NCBI GenBank assembly: GCA_028534125.1 | Contig: CM052817.1 | Coordinates: 40,860,001 to 40,924,000, forward strand | Source: Lama glama | Taxonomy: Eukaryota | Length of the DNA: 64,000 nucleotides | Reading direction: 5' to 3' | In this document: positions 38,490 through 50,079 of the stretch, piece after piece | How the letters are laid out: each line of letters begins with the position of its first letter | Position numbering within the stretch: position 1 is the first letter of the stretch | Notes under the pieces: model-generated | Databases searched by the model: none | Seen by the model: only the letters and a program-made list of their open reading frames with translations | What the model was told of the DNA's origin: nothing | Position numbers and translations under genes: made by a program

Positions 38490-38665
38490 AAGATGGTGTA
38501 GAAGACAGACTGTCTGAGTCCAAATCCTGGCATAGACACTGTAATATGGGACTGACAATTATACTACCTATACTATAGGATTTTTTGTGAAAACTAAATG
38601 AGATACTATATGGAAAGCCCTTGGCTCTTGGAAGAGCGCAACAGTGTTAGTTTTCACCATGATTA
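38490..38665 (+). mobile_element. MIR fragment
   Basis: agactgtctgagtccaaatcctggc...tgtgaaaactaaatgagat. Confidence 0.55.
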
Positions 38666-39064
38666 TCAGGATGATATGTAACATTTTAAGTGCACAAGCA
38701 GGCAGTTTGCTTTACAATGTCTGCAAGTGTTCTAAGGGCATAGGGTCCCAGATACCAGGCTCAGATTGAGGAACGTGACGTCAGTTCTTAGTGGGGCCTG
38801 TAAAGAGCAAGGTGTGACCTCATGTCAGAGCCAGCAAATGTTTATGGAGTACATGTTAAGGGCCAGGTTCTGCTCAAAGGGTAGAAAGACAATTCATATA
38901 ATCCTGCTCACAGTATGGTGGATGTATTGTTGGTTATTAATGGGGAAATCCAGTTATCTGAATTGCAATACCTCATAAGGACTTTATTAGATATGTTGCA
39001 CAACCCCAGTCAGTTATTAGAGTAACGCCGCAAGAAAAAAACAAGATTAACAGTGATAGTTGTG

Positions 39065-39460
39065 CTATTTATTAAGATTTTGCCGATTGCTAGTGACAAA
39101 TTCCACCTGAAACAAGCTTGAGCACATCATTTAATTTATTGTTTTATGTAGTGAAAATCTGGTCATATACCTGGCTTCAGGCATGGCTGGACCCAGGTTT
39201 TCACATGATGTTGGAACTCTCTCGGCAACTCTTTTTTTTTTTAACATGTTTTAATTGATTTATAATCATTTTACAATGTTGTGTCAAATTCCAATGGAGA
39301 GCCCAATTTTTCAGTTATACACGAACATGCATATATTCATTGTCACATTTTTTTCTCTCTCTTGGCAACTCTTGACTCTGCTTTTCCCGGTATTGGTGTC
39401 ATTCTCTGGCAGCTCTTCATGATGAGAGTAACACAGCCACTAATGATCCGTGGTTTATAT
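39065..39460 (-). mobile_element. Old MaLR (MLT1K-like) remnant hosting a young L1 fragment
   Basis: gattgctagtgacaaa...ctggcttcaggcatggctggacccagg...actctgcttttcc. Confidence 0.55.
39232..39356 (-). mobile_element. ~125-bp 3' terminus of young L1
   Basis: Closely similar to the 3'UTR of the 13.1-kb copy. 17-bp TSD ctctctcggcaactctt / ctctcttggcaactctt. Confidence 0.9.
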
Positions 39461-39959
39461 TCTAGTAAATTAACACTCCTGTTCTTCCTCTGTTTCTTTT
39501 CTTCCCATCTTTTCCTTTCCCTTTCTGAACCATTCCACTTGAAAGCCATTAAATGGGGCTGAGCAAGATAAGCGTCTTCCCTGGGGGCGGGGTGGCACAG
39601 AGCAGGGTGCTGGCAGTGAGAAGTGCATCCCAGCGGGAGGGTGGTCTGTGCCAGGCGTTAGAGTCCAAGGTGGGTAACGAGAGCATCCAGGTAGGAGGGC
39701 TGCTTGGTGCATCATGTCTGAGCTTGAGCGGGGTGAGGAGGTGTCCATTCAGTGCCGGTGCTGAAGATCAATGTCCAGGACGGAGATGGCCTGGCATGGA
39801 GTGTCAGAGCCCAGGCAGGGTGAGGAGGGTGTCCATGGAAGAAGGTGGCCCAGAGTGAGGTGTCAGTGCCTGAGAAGTGTGAGAAGGCTCCCCCTGTGAA
39901 TGCTGGGGGCAGCTCTGGGACAGGGTCAGAGCCCAGGCAGGGAACGGAGGGGCCAGGTT

Positions 39960-40560
39960 GCAACTGTGACAGAAACGTAGATCAAACATGGAAAGGGAGA
40001 AAAGTACAATCAGCCCTGTGGTCCTGGGTTGGAACTGGAGGTAATGGTGTGAATTCATGATTTTCTTGTTATGGATGGTTAGCTAACTAGCTAGATAGGT
40101 AGATAAATAGGTGGAAAGTTAGAGATGTAGAGTAAAATATACATAAATGTAAGTGTGTATCTATGCAGTGGAAATTACTTTCTAAATGTAAATATCTATA
40201 GTTTTTAATACCATTCTTCACTGAAAGGAACCAGGGGTCCTTGGAGAAATGGTTGATTAAAGGGTTGGGGCAGGGAAGGCACAGTGTGAGCTGGAAAGTT
40301 TTGTGCAGGAAAATAAGGAAGGGCTCAGAGGATGAGAGGGACATGTCCAGAGGACTCAGGAATAGTTTGAAGGTCCCCACTGGCCACTTCTGGGGCCAGT
40401 GGAGTTTCAAAATAAATAACGATTCCAAGAAGTCAGTACCCACTGAATGCAACAGGGAACTGTGAGTTCAAACGGCCACAGACTGGAAGCTGATGAAGAA
40501 CTACGAGGCAAGGACATATATGTAGTCTCACAACAGAATACTTATTCACTATGAAGGGAA
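39960..40560 (+). mobile_element. Old L1 (L1MC-type) 3' region
   Basis: cactgaaaggaaccaggggtccttggagaaatgg...ggaagggctcagaggatgagagggacatgtc. Confidence 0.65.
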
Positions 40561-40576
40561 GGGGGTGGGAAGGAGG

Positions 40577-41100
40577 TGTTTCCTGAAGAAAGGCTGACGT
40601 ACAAACTCGTCCTGCTCGCTGCATGACAGGCCAACACATTGGTAGACAAGCTGTTGAGACAAGGAATAATGACTTTATTTGAAAAGCGAGCAGACTGAGA
40701 AAATGGCAGACTCATGTCCTGGAGAGCCATCTCCCCCAAGTCACAATTCAGGCTCCTTTTATACTAAAAAGGGGAAGGGGTGTGATTAGTTGCTGTAAGC
40801 CTCTTGGTGTCAGAATCCTTTGTTCTTGCAGCTGTCCATGTAGGTCAGGACATGGCGTCCCTGTAAACCTCCAGTAAGGCAAGTGTTATTCCCTATTCTG
40901 CAACTTTTAATCTTTATACGAATGGGAAGGTGTTATATCCTCAAAGTTTGGGGCTTTGAGAATGGGCTCTCCTGTATATTTCACGCTACGGGCAACATTC
41001 TTTTACAAAAAAGTACAGAACCAGCTTGACTGGAAGCAGCACAGGGTTAGAGCCAAAGGAACAGATTAATATGAAGTCAGATTTGTTCTTCCCTATTACA
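40577..41100 (-). mobile_element. ERV1-type solo LTR
   Basis: Minus strand TGTAATAGGGAAGAAC...TATAAAAGG (~40755-40763)...AATAAA (~40674-40679)...GGCCTGTCATGCAGCGAGCAG...CA. No clean TSD. Confidence 0.8.
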
Positions 41101-41119
41101 GGGTTGGAGATGTCCTGTT

Positions 41120-41470
41120 GCACGAGGAGGCTGACCTCACAGCCTCTAACTCTCCGGTCCTCTGGCTCCATTTGGGTTTGGCCACTGGGCAGTGGCAGCG
41201 GGGTGTGGGAGGGTGCGGGGACAGAGTTCCCTGACTCTCTGACAGCCGGGTTGCAGTGTGGCAGCTGCGGGGCTCCTGGTGCCCCCTTCTCTCATGGCTG
41301 CAGCTCTCCCCTGGGCTGGCGGCAATAACTTACCACTGATGTTAGCCTGGGGTGCATCCCCACCCCTTACTGGTTTCCCTTCATCCTGTCTACACCTCTG
41401 TGCCACATCCTTTCACTAAACTCCCTTTAGAGTGCCCTCTGTCTCCTGCTGGGAGCCCGCCTGCTGCAGT
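41120..41470 (+). mobile_element. Decayed ERVL-type LTR
   Basis: 3' end cactaaactccctttagagtgccctctgtctcctgctggg resembles LTR33/40/41 ends. Confidence 0.45.
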
Positions 41471-43094
41471 GATGTAGCACCGTTAACAGAAAGAAAGGCA
41501 AAGAGACGTCCAGCAGCAGCTGAGGCTGACTCACCGCTGCTCCCGGATGAGAACATCTGGTCATCTCCCCCAGACGGGACTGGGCCCACGGCTGTGCAGT
41601 GACCCACCGTGTGGGGAGAGTTGAAAATCAGAGGAAGGGAATCTGGGAGGGCCTGACAGCAGCTCAGTGACCAGAGAGGAATTCTGTCCCAGTCACTTAC
41701 ACAGATACTCCTCCGCAAGGGGAGACTCCTGAAATTTCTGTTGGAGGTTCAGATACTTTCCCTCTCCCTCAGTCAAGGAGGCAGTGGTCCTACGTGATGA
41801 AAGAATTGCCGTTCAGAGCATCATAGGTCTTTTGAATTCAACTGTCTTCATGATTTCTTCCAAAGATAATCAGGTTAAAAACAATCCACAGGTCAAGGGA
41901 GTGTCTTCTTTTAACACTGTGCAGTTTTACTGCACTGTTATCACCTGACAAAGCATCCAGTGGCGGATACTCCTGTTTCTGGAACCTTTCCATTTTTAGC
42001 CGTTTCTTCTTTTGTAGTCTGGAAGGCAAGCACAGACAAGGACACAGAGTGGGGGGGGGCGTTCTTAATGTCACATCAGCTCAGCGGTGTCCCTTGTCCC
42101 AGTCTCTGAACCTGGGGGTGACACTTCTGGAGAGCCGGCTTACTGGGTTGCTAATCACCCCATTTGCAGAGTGAGCCCTTAAATTACCCTGCAGCTCCAA
42201 TTAAGGGAACTCAGACCAGGGCCCATATTTAAGATTGCTCCCTTGTCAGTTTCATCTTGGGGTTTAAATTGAATTCTTAATGTTGGTAGAGAAAACTGAC
42301 ATGTGTCCTAGTTCTGTTGGAAGTAGGAGAGAAATCATATAGTGGGGCCCCTTTTCCGACGTGGGCAGGATCACTGGTGGGGAAAAGGGTTGATACTTGC
42401 TGGGAGAGTTCACTTAAATTCCCATTTGGTTTCCATTAAAGTCCTGCTTGTTCTGTGCTCAGTCACAACTGTAGACTTAGCTGTCAGAATGCTCTTTGTC
42501 ATAAACAGATCTGGTAAACATAATCATATCCCCCTCTGCTGTTTTTAGCCTTGGAATAACTTTACAGGACACACTGTTCTAATTCACATTGACTTACAAG
42601 AGTTCAGGTCCGAATTCCAGGACACTTGGTATGATTTGATTATAGAAGAAAATCATGGATTTCTTTTGTAACATTTCCTTCAGCTACTGCTGCCTCTTGT
42701 CAAGTATGTATATGTCTGTGGTGGTGGAGGATTAGCCTTATTAGGTAGCCTAGTTTTATTTAAAGGTATTGAGGTCTACAATAAAGTACCTTGCAGAGGG
42801 TCGTCAAGTTAGATGCACCTGATATTGTGAATGTTTGTTGCAGATGTGGTGCCAGTTAAATAATAACCCTTCCCCATCCTGCCTCCCCGCAGAGCTGCCT
42901 CTGGACAACACCTTGGCGTCCTTGGCCGCTGATGCCAGCTCAGGTCTGACTTGGGTAGACTTCTGATCTACTACCTTTACCCCACAACTTCCTTTCTTAT
43001 TCGTGTGACGTGGTTTCTGGGTAGTCTCTGATTTCTGTTACTCTAGACACTGCTAATTCTTCCTTGGGCAGTTATTCTCATATAAATGGCAGGG

Positions 43095-43345
43095 TTTTTA
43101 AGACCATGGGCTTTGAATCAGATGGATTGGTTCAAGTCTTGGTTCTGCCATTTCTCAGCACCATGACTTTGGGCAAATGATTTTGCTCTGTATGCCTCAG
43201 TCTTCCCATCTATAAAACTGAGATCGTAATACAATTATGCTTCTCTCGTGGCCGTATTATGAGAGTCCTGTGAAAACATGTAAGTTGGAGGGCAGGTGGA
43301 AACACATCGTAAATGCTCAGAAAATGTGCGTTGTTGATGTTATTA
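43095..43345 (+). mobile_element. MIR
   Basis: gggctttgaatcaga...ctttgggcaaatga...tgcctcagtcttcccatctataaaa. Confidence 0.75.
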
Positions 43346-43890
43346 TTTTTATTTTAGTTTGTTCTTTGTCTGTCTTCCTTCCCCATCTTTCCTCTCTTTT
43401 CTAATTTTTACTCATTTATTTGAGGAAAGCAAGTTTTTCTCCCCCTTTTGATGGTCTCTTCTCATTTCTGAGTTTTTTGAGCTTGAACACAGGTGACAAT
43501 AGGCAGTAAGTAGTCAGTCCCCAGTGCGGGCTGGCCTGGGCACGGTGTGCTCTGTGCAGGGAGCTGCTTAGCAGCTTGTTTTGTTCTCCTGCTACTCTTC
43601 ATCGACAGTCATCCTAAGTGCCCCGAGTCGCAGCTGCTCCAGAGGAGAGTAACGCTGGGCTGAACCTGAATCAAGAAAAGCAAAAGCATCTGCTTGGGAG
43701 GGAAGGTGGGGGGCATCAGACCCGAGGCATCATTTATTAGCAGTGGATACCATGTCCTGAAATTTCTAGTAAGGCCTCTTCAGAATTCCAGAGTGTCTAC
43801 TTCAGTCTCCATCTTCTTCAAATTAAGTATGCTTTTTTTATTCACACTATTCTTCAAGATATATAGAAAAAGCAAAATGGTTCTTAAATT

Positions 43891-44505
43891 GATTTTAGTA
43901 TTTTTCTGCTTTGTATAAGTGTTAGTATTTTGATAGTGCACTATTTTTTAAGTGGACTTGCAGAGAGCATGTCAATCATATCAGAGGTTAAATAGGCTTT
44001 TATGTTTTTCCCCTATAAAATGACTTCTATGGGGAAAATAAACTCTATGTCTTTAATGCCTAACTAATGAAAGACATTTTTAGAAGTTTATAAGTGGGGA
44101 CTGAATGCAAAGCATGATACGGACAATACAGGTGATATTTTACCAGGCCCACTGTCCATTCTGTCTAGGTAAGACATTTACCAGGAGAGATCAAAGAACT
44201 CATTTATGTCAAATGGAAATGATATTTCTCTGGAATTGGATTGCCTTTTGTATTAGTCAAAATTCTCCAGACAAATAGAACCAATAGGAAATACACATAT
44301 ATATTATCACATATATTATATATATTATTTATATATAATATATATTTATATGTTATGCATTTATTGTTTATATATAATATATATTTATATATCATACAAA
44401 GGCCTATTTAACCTCTGATATGATTGAAATGCTCTCTGCAAGTCCACTTAAAAATGGTACAGTATCACAATACTAACACTTACACAAAGCAAATATACTA
44501 AAATC
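43891..44505. repeat. Inverted repeat pair 43891-44004 / 44393-44505
   Basis: The reverse complement of the second arm aligns to the first over ~113 bp, including taagtggacttgcagagagcat(g/t)tcaatcatatcagaggttaaataggc. Confidence 0.95.
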
Positions 44506-44860
44506 CTGTGATAGATATGTGATGTCCTGAGAACCAGGGAACTGCTAGTGTAAGTCCTGGAGTCCAAAGGCCTGAGGAGCAGGAGCTCCAACGTTTGAGG
44601 GCAGGAAATGAAGGCCATCCCAACTCAAGAAGACAGGGAGTTTGCCCTTCCGTAGCCTTTACTCCCACTTGGCGCCCCAACGGATTGGCTGATGCCCACC
44701 CACACTGGTAAGGGTAGGTCTCTTTTTTTCTGCCCCTTAAATCAAATAACAGTCTTTTCCAGAAACACCTTCACAGACATACCCAGAAATAATGTTTTAC
44801 CAGCCATCTGGGTATCCCCTAGCCAAGTCAAGTTAAGTTGACATAAAATTTACCATCACA
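44249..44860 (-). mobile_element. ERVL solo LTR (MLT2C-like) with internal rearrangement
   Basis: tgtattagtc...ctccagacaaatagaaccaatagga; cacagacatacccagaaataatgttttacc...ttgacataaaatttaccatcaca. TSD ccttt/gcttt. Confidence 0.9.
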
Positions 44861-45301
44861 GCTTTCAATCCCTTTCATAAATGGAAGTCTTGTCCTTGAG
44901 GTCATGTTTGCTATCATGATTTGGAAGTGAGTACAAAGGCCATATTCATGGATGTTTATGGCATTTAATATGGCATAGAAACCCAACTAAATTTCTAAAA
45001 ATGCAAATAAGCACAAAATTTGTGTGCTTATGTTTTTAAACTGGGGAATTTAAAGAACTAGTGCAGATCTGCTTTTGGACTAGTTTGAGTAATTCACCAA
45101 CATTCAGCCTGTTTCCATTATCCCGGCCCACCCACTGGCTCAATCAAATTAAGAATTTTAACACCAGGCATTTAAAAGAGAAGCGGAAAGGGAACAGAGG
45201 CTCATTTATTTGTATTCTTCAAAGAGAAAGGCGGGCAGGAATCAGCACCCATTTCTGTATTTTCCTACTTCTCATCCCAGATTCCCACAATCCTTGGCAG
45301 G

Positions 45302-45491
45302 CAAGTGGTCCTCAAGTTGTAGTTAGTGGACCATGTATCTCTTTGAATTTCCTTAGATGCTCAGTAACACTCACATTCCTAGGAGCCACCTCAGACCTCC
45401 TGACTTGGAATTTCCGGAGTTGGGTTTCAGCAAATTGTGTGGTGAACAGCCCCCTAAATAATCTTTGTGAGCTCTAACATTTGAGAACCAG
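45302..45491. mobile_element. MER5-like hAT MITE
   Basis: agtggtcctcaag...ccacctcagacctcctgact...tttgagaacca. Confidence 0.6.
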
Positions 45492-45623
45492 ACATTTTTC
45501 CTTCAGATGTATGTGGTTGACAATGAATGTGAGGATAATGGCCCCTTTTGATTCAGGATTCGGTTTTGTTGGACCTCCATTTTTGGATTCTTAACTTCTT
45601 TAGGGTAGATTAGTCAGGGTCTA

Positions 45624-46009
45624 TGTAATACCAGGTTGCTAGGATTACATGATAGAGTGCCACAGACTGGGTGGCTTAACAGAAATTTACTTTCTCGTGG
45701 TTCTGGAAACTAGAAACCCAAATCAAGGTGCCAGCAGAGTTAGTTTCTGGTGAGGTCTCTTTTCTCGGCTCTAGATGACCGTCTTCTTTGTCTTCACTTG
45801 ATTTTTCCTCTATGCTCATGTGCTGTCTGTGTCTTAGTCTCTTCTCTTCTGAGGACACCAGTCATGTTGGGTTAGGCCTGCCCGTAGAATCTCATTTTAC
45901 CTTATTTTACCGCTTTATAGGACCTATCTCCAAATATAGTCATATTCTAAGATATTGGGACTTAGTAAGTCAGCATATTAATTTTGGGGGAACAATTCAG
46001 CCCACCTCA
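45624..46009 (-). mobile_element. MaLR LTR (MLT1B/C-like)
   Basis: ccacagactgggtggcttaacagaaattta...gaggacaccagtcat...gggggaacaattcagccc. Confidence 0.85.
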
Positions 46010-46276
46010 ATCTAGATGGATCTCAATACACCATATGAGCACGTGGGAGATGACCACTGTAGACGTCTTACGGTTTCTTTCCCCACTCCGACTGTCCCCC
46101 AGAAGGCAGTGTGCTCCTGCCTGCTCTCTTGGTCTCTCTTCTAAGGCAGCAGGAAGGAGGGAGGGAGGGACAATGGCAACTTGCTTTTCATTGGCTTTGC
46201 TCCTCCTAAGCTCCATTTCTTTGAATGTTCATTGAGAGTCGAATTACTATTGGCTCAACTGCTTCAAACGCCTAAG

Positions 46277-47663
46277 CAGCAGTTATCAAAGGAAATCTGA
46301 GAAGCCAAAGCTCTTTTCATAATTTATAGTAAAAACACATTCTTTGCTTTTTTTAACTGGATGACATCTGCACTGACCGCAAGGGCCACGGTGCGGATGA
46401 AGGCGGTAGCACCAAGCTGCACCAGTAGTCCTTATAATTTCACCACCGTGCAACTGTATTGCAGGAAATAAAATATCACAGTCACTTAAAAATGCCCTTG
46501 ATGAAGTAGGAAAAATTCTGAAGTTCACTAAATTGCAACCTTTGAAATTTTAGTATCATCTTTTTAGTATCTTATGTGACAAAATGGGAAGTATTTGTAA
46601 AGCACTTCTACTGCATGTAAACATTCAGGAGCTGTTTTGAAGAAAAGCACTTCTGTGACTGAACTGTCGGCCAAGCTAGCCTCTGTTTTCATGAAGTATC
46701 AGTTTAACTTCAAAAGACAAGTGACAGGTGAACTCTGGTTATTCAGACTCACGTAGCTGGCAGACATGCTCGCAAAAATGAGTGGACTGAGTCTGTCGCT
46801 TCAAGAAAAGCAGCTGACAGTCTTTGTTGCCTATGATAAAATTCAAACTTTCAAGTGAAAATTAGAATTTTGGGAAACTTGGGTCTGTTACTGTGAGCTT
46901 GCCAGCTTACCAAGAGTTGAAGATTTTTCTGGTGAGGCTGGTGACTAACAAATATGATTGTTTTTCCATTTTATGTGATGAAATATGTCAGTAGTTGGGA
47001 AACTTATAACTCACTGAATCACTGTTTTCCAGATAACAGCCAATGCCTGATGCTACAAAACCAAGTGTGGGTAAAAGATCTATTCAAACTGCAAGATAGA
47101 ATGACAAATTTTTATATAATAGAGTATAAAAAGTTCATTGATATAATTTAGATTCTACATAGTAACTAACCTTTAAGAAACTATCAGTTGTCAACTTTTG
47201 GCATATTATCAGAGAAGAATATTCACAATTATCTGAAAAAATTATTACAAATACTCTTCCCTTTTTCAACTACATATCTGAGTGAGGCTGAGTTTTACTC
47301 ATTTACTTGAACCCAAAACATATCATATCAAAACAGATTAAATGCAGAAGCAGATATGAGGGTCTGTCTTCTATTTAAACTAAACATCAGAGATTTGAAA
47401 AACTGTGAAAGAATACCATCTTCTCACTATTTTTTTCTGCTTAGGAATATGCATAAATATGTAAACATTTGTTACTTAATATGTAGTGGGTATATTATTG
47501 CTATTTTTAAAATGAATTAATAAATACATTTAAAAAATTCTCATTTCCAGTTGCTGAGTGAATATTAATGGATATAACCCACATAAACAAAAGCTATTTG
47601 GGGGCTCCAATAATTTTTAAAAGGGCAAAGGAATCTTGGGATTGAACAGTTTGTGGACTGTAG
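46277..47663 (+). mobile_element. hAT-Charlie DNA transposon (Charlie1a-like), decayed transposase
   Basis: tgtgacaaaatgggaagt; ggttattcagact; gataaaattcaaactttcaagtgaaaattagaattttgg; terminal cccacataaacaaaagct...aataatttttaa. Confidence 0.85.
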
Positions 47664-48414
47664 ACTTAGCATTTTTCTAGCTACATTGTAGTAACTGGTT
47701 TAGCATTAACTTTGACTCATAGTACACTTAATACCAAAGGTATTCACTGTCTGAATGCTCAACACAGTAAGCTTGATTTTTCTTTTTTCTCATTGGGAGA
47801 AAAACCATAATGGTATTCTATACCCAAATATTCTTAACTAATGCTTGCTTTACGTTTCCTAATCCCAAATAAGATTAGATATCATAAAGAAGCTGGAAAA
47901 GAAAAAGCCCTCTAGAAGAGCTAATGTTTTTGAGAGCTTTGTTTCTGTCTACTGAAAATGTATTTAAATTAGCAGAGATTAAAATCCGTCCTATTGAAAG
48001 GCACTTGGAAATCTTGCCACAAATGTGCCCTTTCCTTCATTCTGCCTCTATTTTCTCTTCTTCTAATTTATAGAGCACTGTTTTTTCTTTCTTCTCCTTC
48101 TTTTCTTTCTGCCTTATCTCTTCTTTTATTCATTCCCCTCCTCTCCCTTTGCCCAGTTATAGCTGGAAGTATTTCCTCATGTGTTGTAGTTTCTGCCAGC
48201 ATCCTCTAAGAAAGATGCTGAATCGGTAAAAATGAGCGAGGCATTGACAAAGTGTAGGTGCATCTTTGCCTTCTCAGCGCCCGGATTTAAACAGTCTTCC
48301 ATTCAGTATGTAAAATTCAGCCCTGGAGTCTATGCTGTGCTTCTGGTTTAGATTTCTAGGGGCTGTGAAGGAAGGTTAGGGGGAAGGATTTTAACTTAAA
48401 ACTTATACCTTCTA

Positions 48415-48803
48415 TAAGCCAGAAAGAGAAAGAAAAATACCTTATGAGATCGCTCATATGAGGAATCTAAATCACAAAAACAAAAACAAACAAACAAACA
48501 AAAACAAAGCATAAATGCAAAACAGAAATAGACTCATAGACATAGAATACAGTCTTGTGGTTGCCAAGGGGGTGGGGGGTGGGAAGGGACAGACTGGGAT
48601 TTCAAAATGCAGAATAGATAAACAAGATTATACTGTACAGCACAGGGAAATATATACAAGATCTTGTGGTAGCTCACAGCGAAAAAAAATGTGACAATGA
48701 ATATATGTATGTTCACGTATAACTGAAAAATTGTGCTCTACACTAGAATTTGATAAAACATTATAAAATGACTACTACTCAATAAAAAAAATGTAAAGAA
48801 AAC
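48415..48803 (+). mobile_element. Young 5'-truncated L1 3'UTR
   Basis: aagccagaaagagaaagaaaaatacc...ggaatctaa. 3'UTR related to the 13.1-kb copy. TSD core ataccttcta at 48405 and 48804. Confidence 0.9.
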
Positions 48804-48887
48804 ATACCTTCTAGAAGAAATGACTTCAGAATAAGTTCTACCATTATATTGTGTTCTTCATAAATTCCTTTCTCATTTTTCCTCTAG

Positions 48888-48935
48888 TCCAAAAGTCACT
48901 CCCGCGTTGGCCTGAAATCAAGCACCAAGCAAAAG
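48888..48935 (+). other. Candidate 48-nt exon of an unidentified gene
   Basis: Long polypyrimidine tract ttcctttctcatttttcctctag| and strong donor aag|gtatgt. Open in two frames (SKSHSRVGLKSSTKQK or xQKSLPRWPEIKHQAK). Confidence 0.5.
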
Positions 48936-49339
48936 GTATGTTTTTTTTTTCCTGCCTCTGCGTTATTCCTTAAAAAATAATTATTTTGGTGACTTGTTTT
49001 TGGAAGTCAAGGATACACCCAGAAACAAAGTATTTTTTGATTTTCATTTCCTTTGCCTCCATAATAGCCACACTGAAATTGGAAAGAGATCCTTGAAATG
49101 AAATGGAACGAGAGAGATTCTAGAAACCCAGTGACAGAATCTGAGCATTTCCCCATGGCTTACAAGCAATTCTGAAAGCCAAGTCAGAAGCTACTCTCCC
49201 AGATTCAGCTCTTTTATTTTCTCAGCCCTTCACAGTGAAGGAATTTGTTCCTATCTCAGTTCATATTTTTACCAAACTCTCAGCATCTGCTGTGGAAAAT
49301 GACCCTCACCTATGACCTGTGATGAATTGGCTAAATTAT

Positions 49340-49512
49340 GAGCTCTGTGAGTCAGAAAAAATTGGTGTCACTCTGCTAGCTATGTGACCTTGGACATATT
49401 CGTACAAAGATGATTGTACCTCCTATGTAGTACGTTTTAAGGATAAAATGAGATAATATATGTGAAAGCACTTATATCCCAGTGCCTAGCACAAAATAGG
49501 CATTTAATAATT
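49340..49512 (+). mobile_element. MIR
   Basis: ctagctatgtgaccttggaca...aggataaaatgagataatatatgtgaaagcac...cagtgcctagcac. Confidence 0.7.
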
Positions 49513-50079
49513 TTTTTAATTCTATAATATTTCATTGAAATTTTATGTATAAAAACAATGGAAAATTTGAAATTTCAAAGTGTTAATCCTTGGACACACA
49601 CGCTATGTTTAAATTATGTTATTTCCTGATGACATAGAGGGCGGTGAGGTAAAAAGATTTATTAGAATTTGGGAGATGTTTATGCTTAAAATTATGCTTC
49701 TAGTGTAGATGTCTGAACTGTTTGGAGTACTTGCCTAACCTCTGAGGATAATGGGTATCTTAACTCAGAATACCTTTCTGATGTCAACTCTTAGAGAAAA
49801 AACACTTCATGAATGTAAAGCACCTAAGAGGTGTTTAAGGAGATTTAAAGAGAGCGTCTGTGAAGGCACCAAGCCCAGTGCCTGAGAAGATCACAGCTAT
49901 TGTTACTAGAGAAACATCATGTTGATCTGGAAGAAGATGGACAGACCTGGGTTCTATGCCAGCTTCAACACTTTGCAGGAAGTCATAGCTGGCATTGAGA
50001 GGACAAACCCTGTGCTCCAGATACAGTTAGGGGCACTTTACAAGGATCAACTTGTTATGTACTCTCCGGTAGGTGTTCT

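Noticed and set aside
38776..38783. Full CRE palindrome TGACGTCA
   Set aside because: A single 8-mer in 64 kb with no promoter context is compatible with chance.
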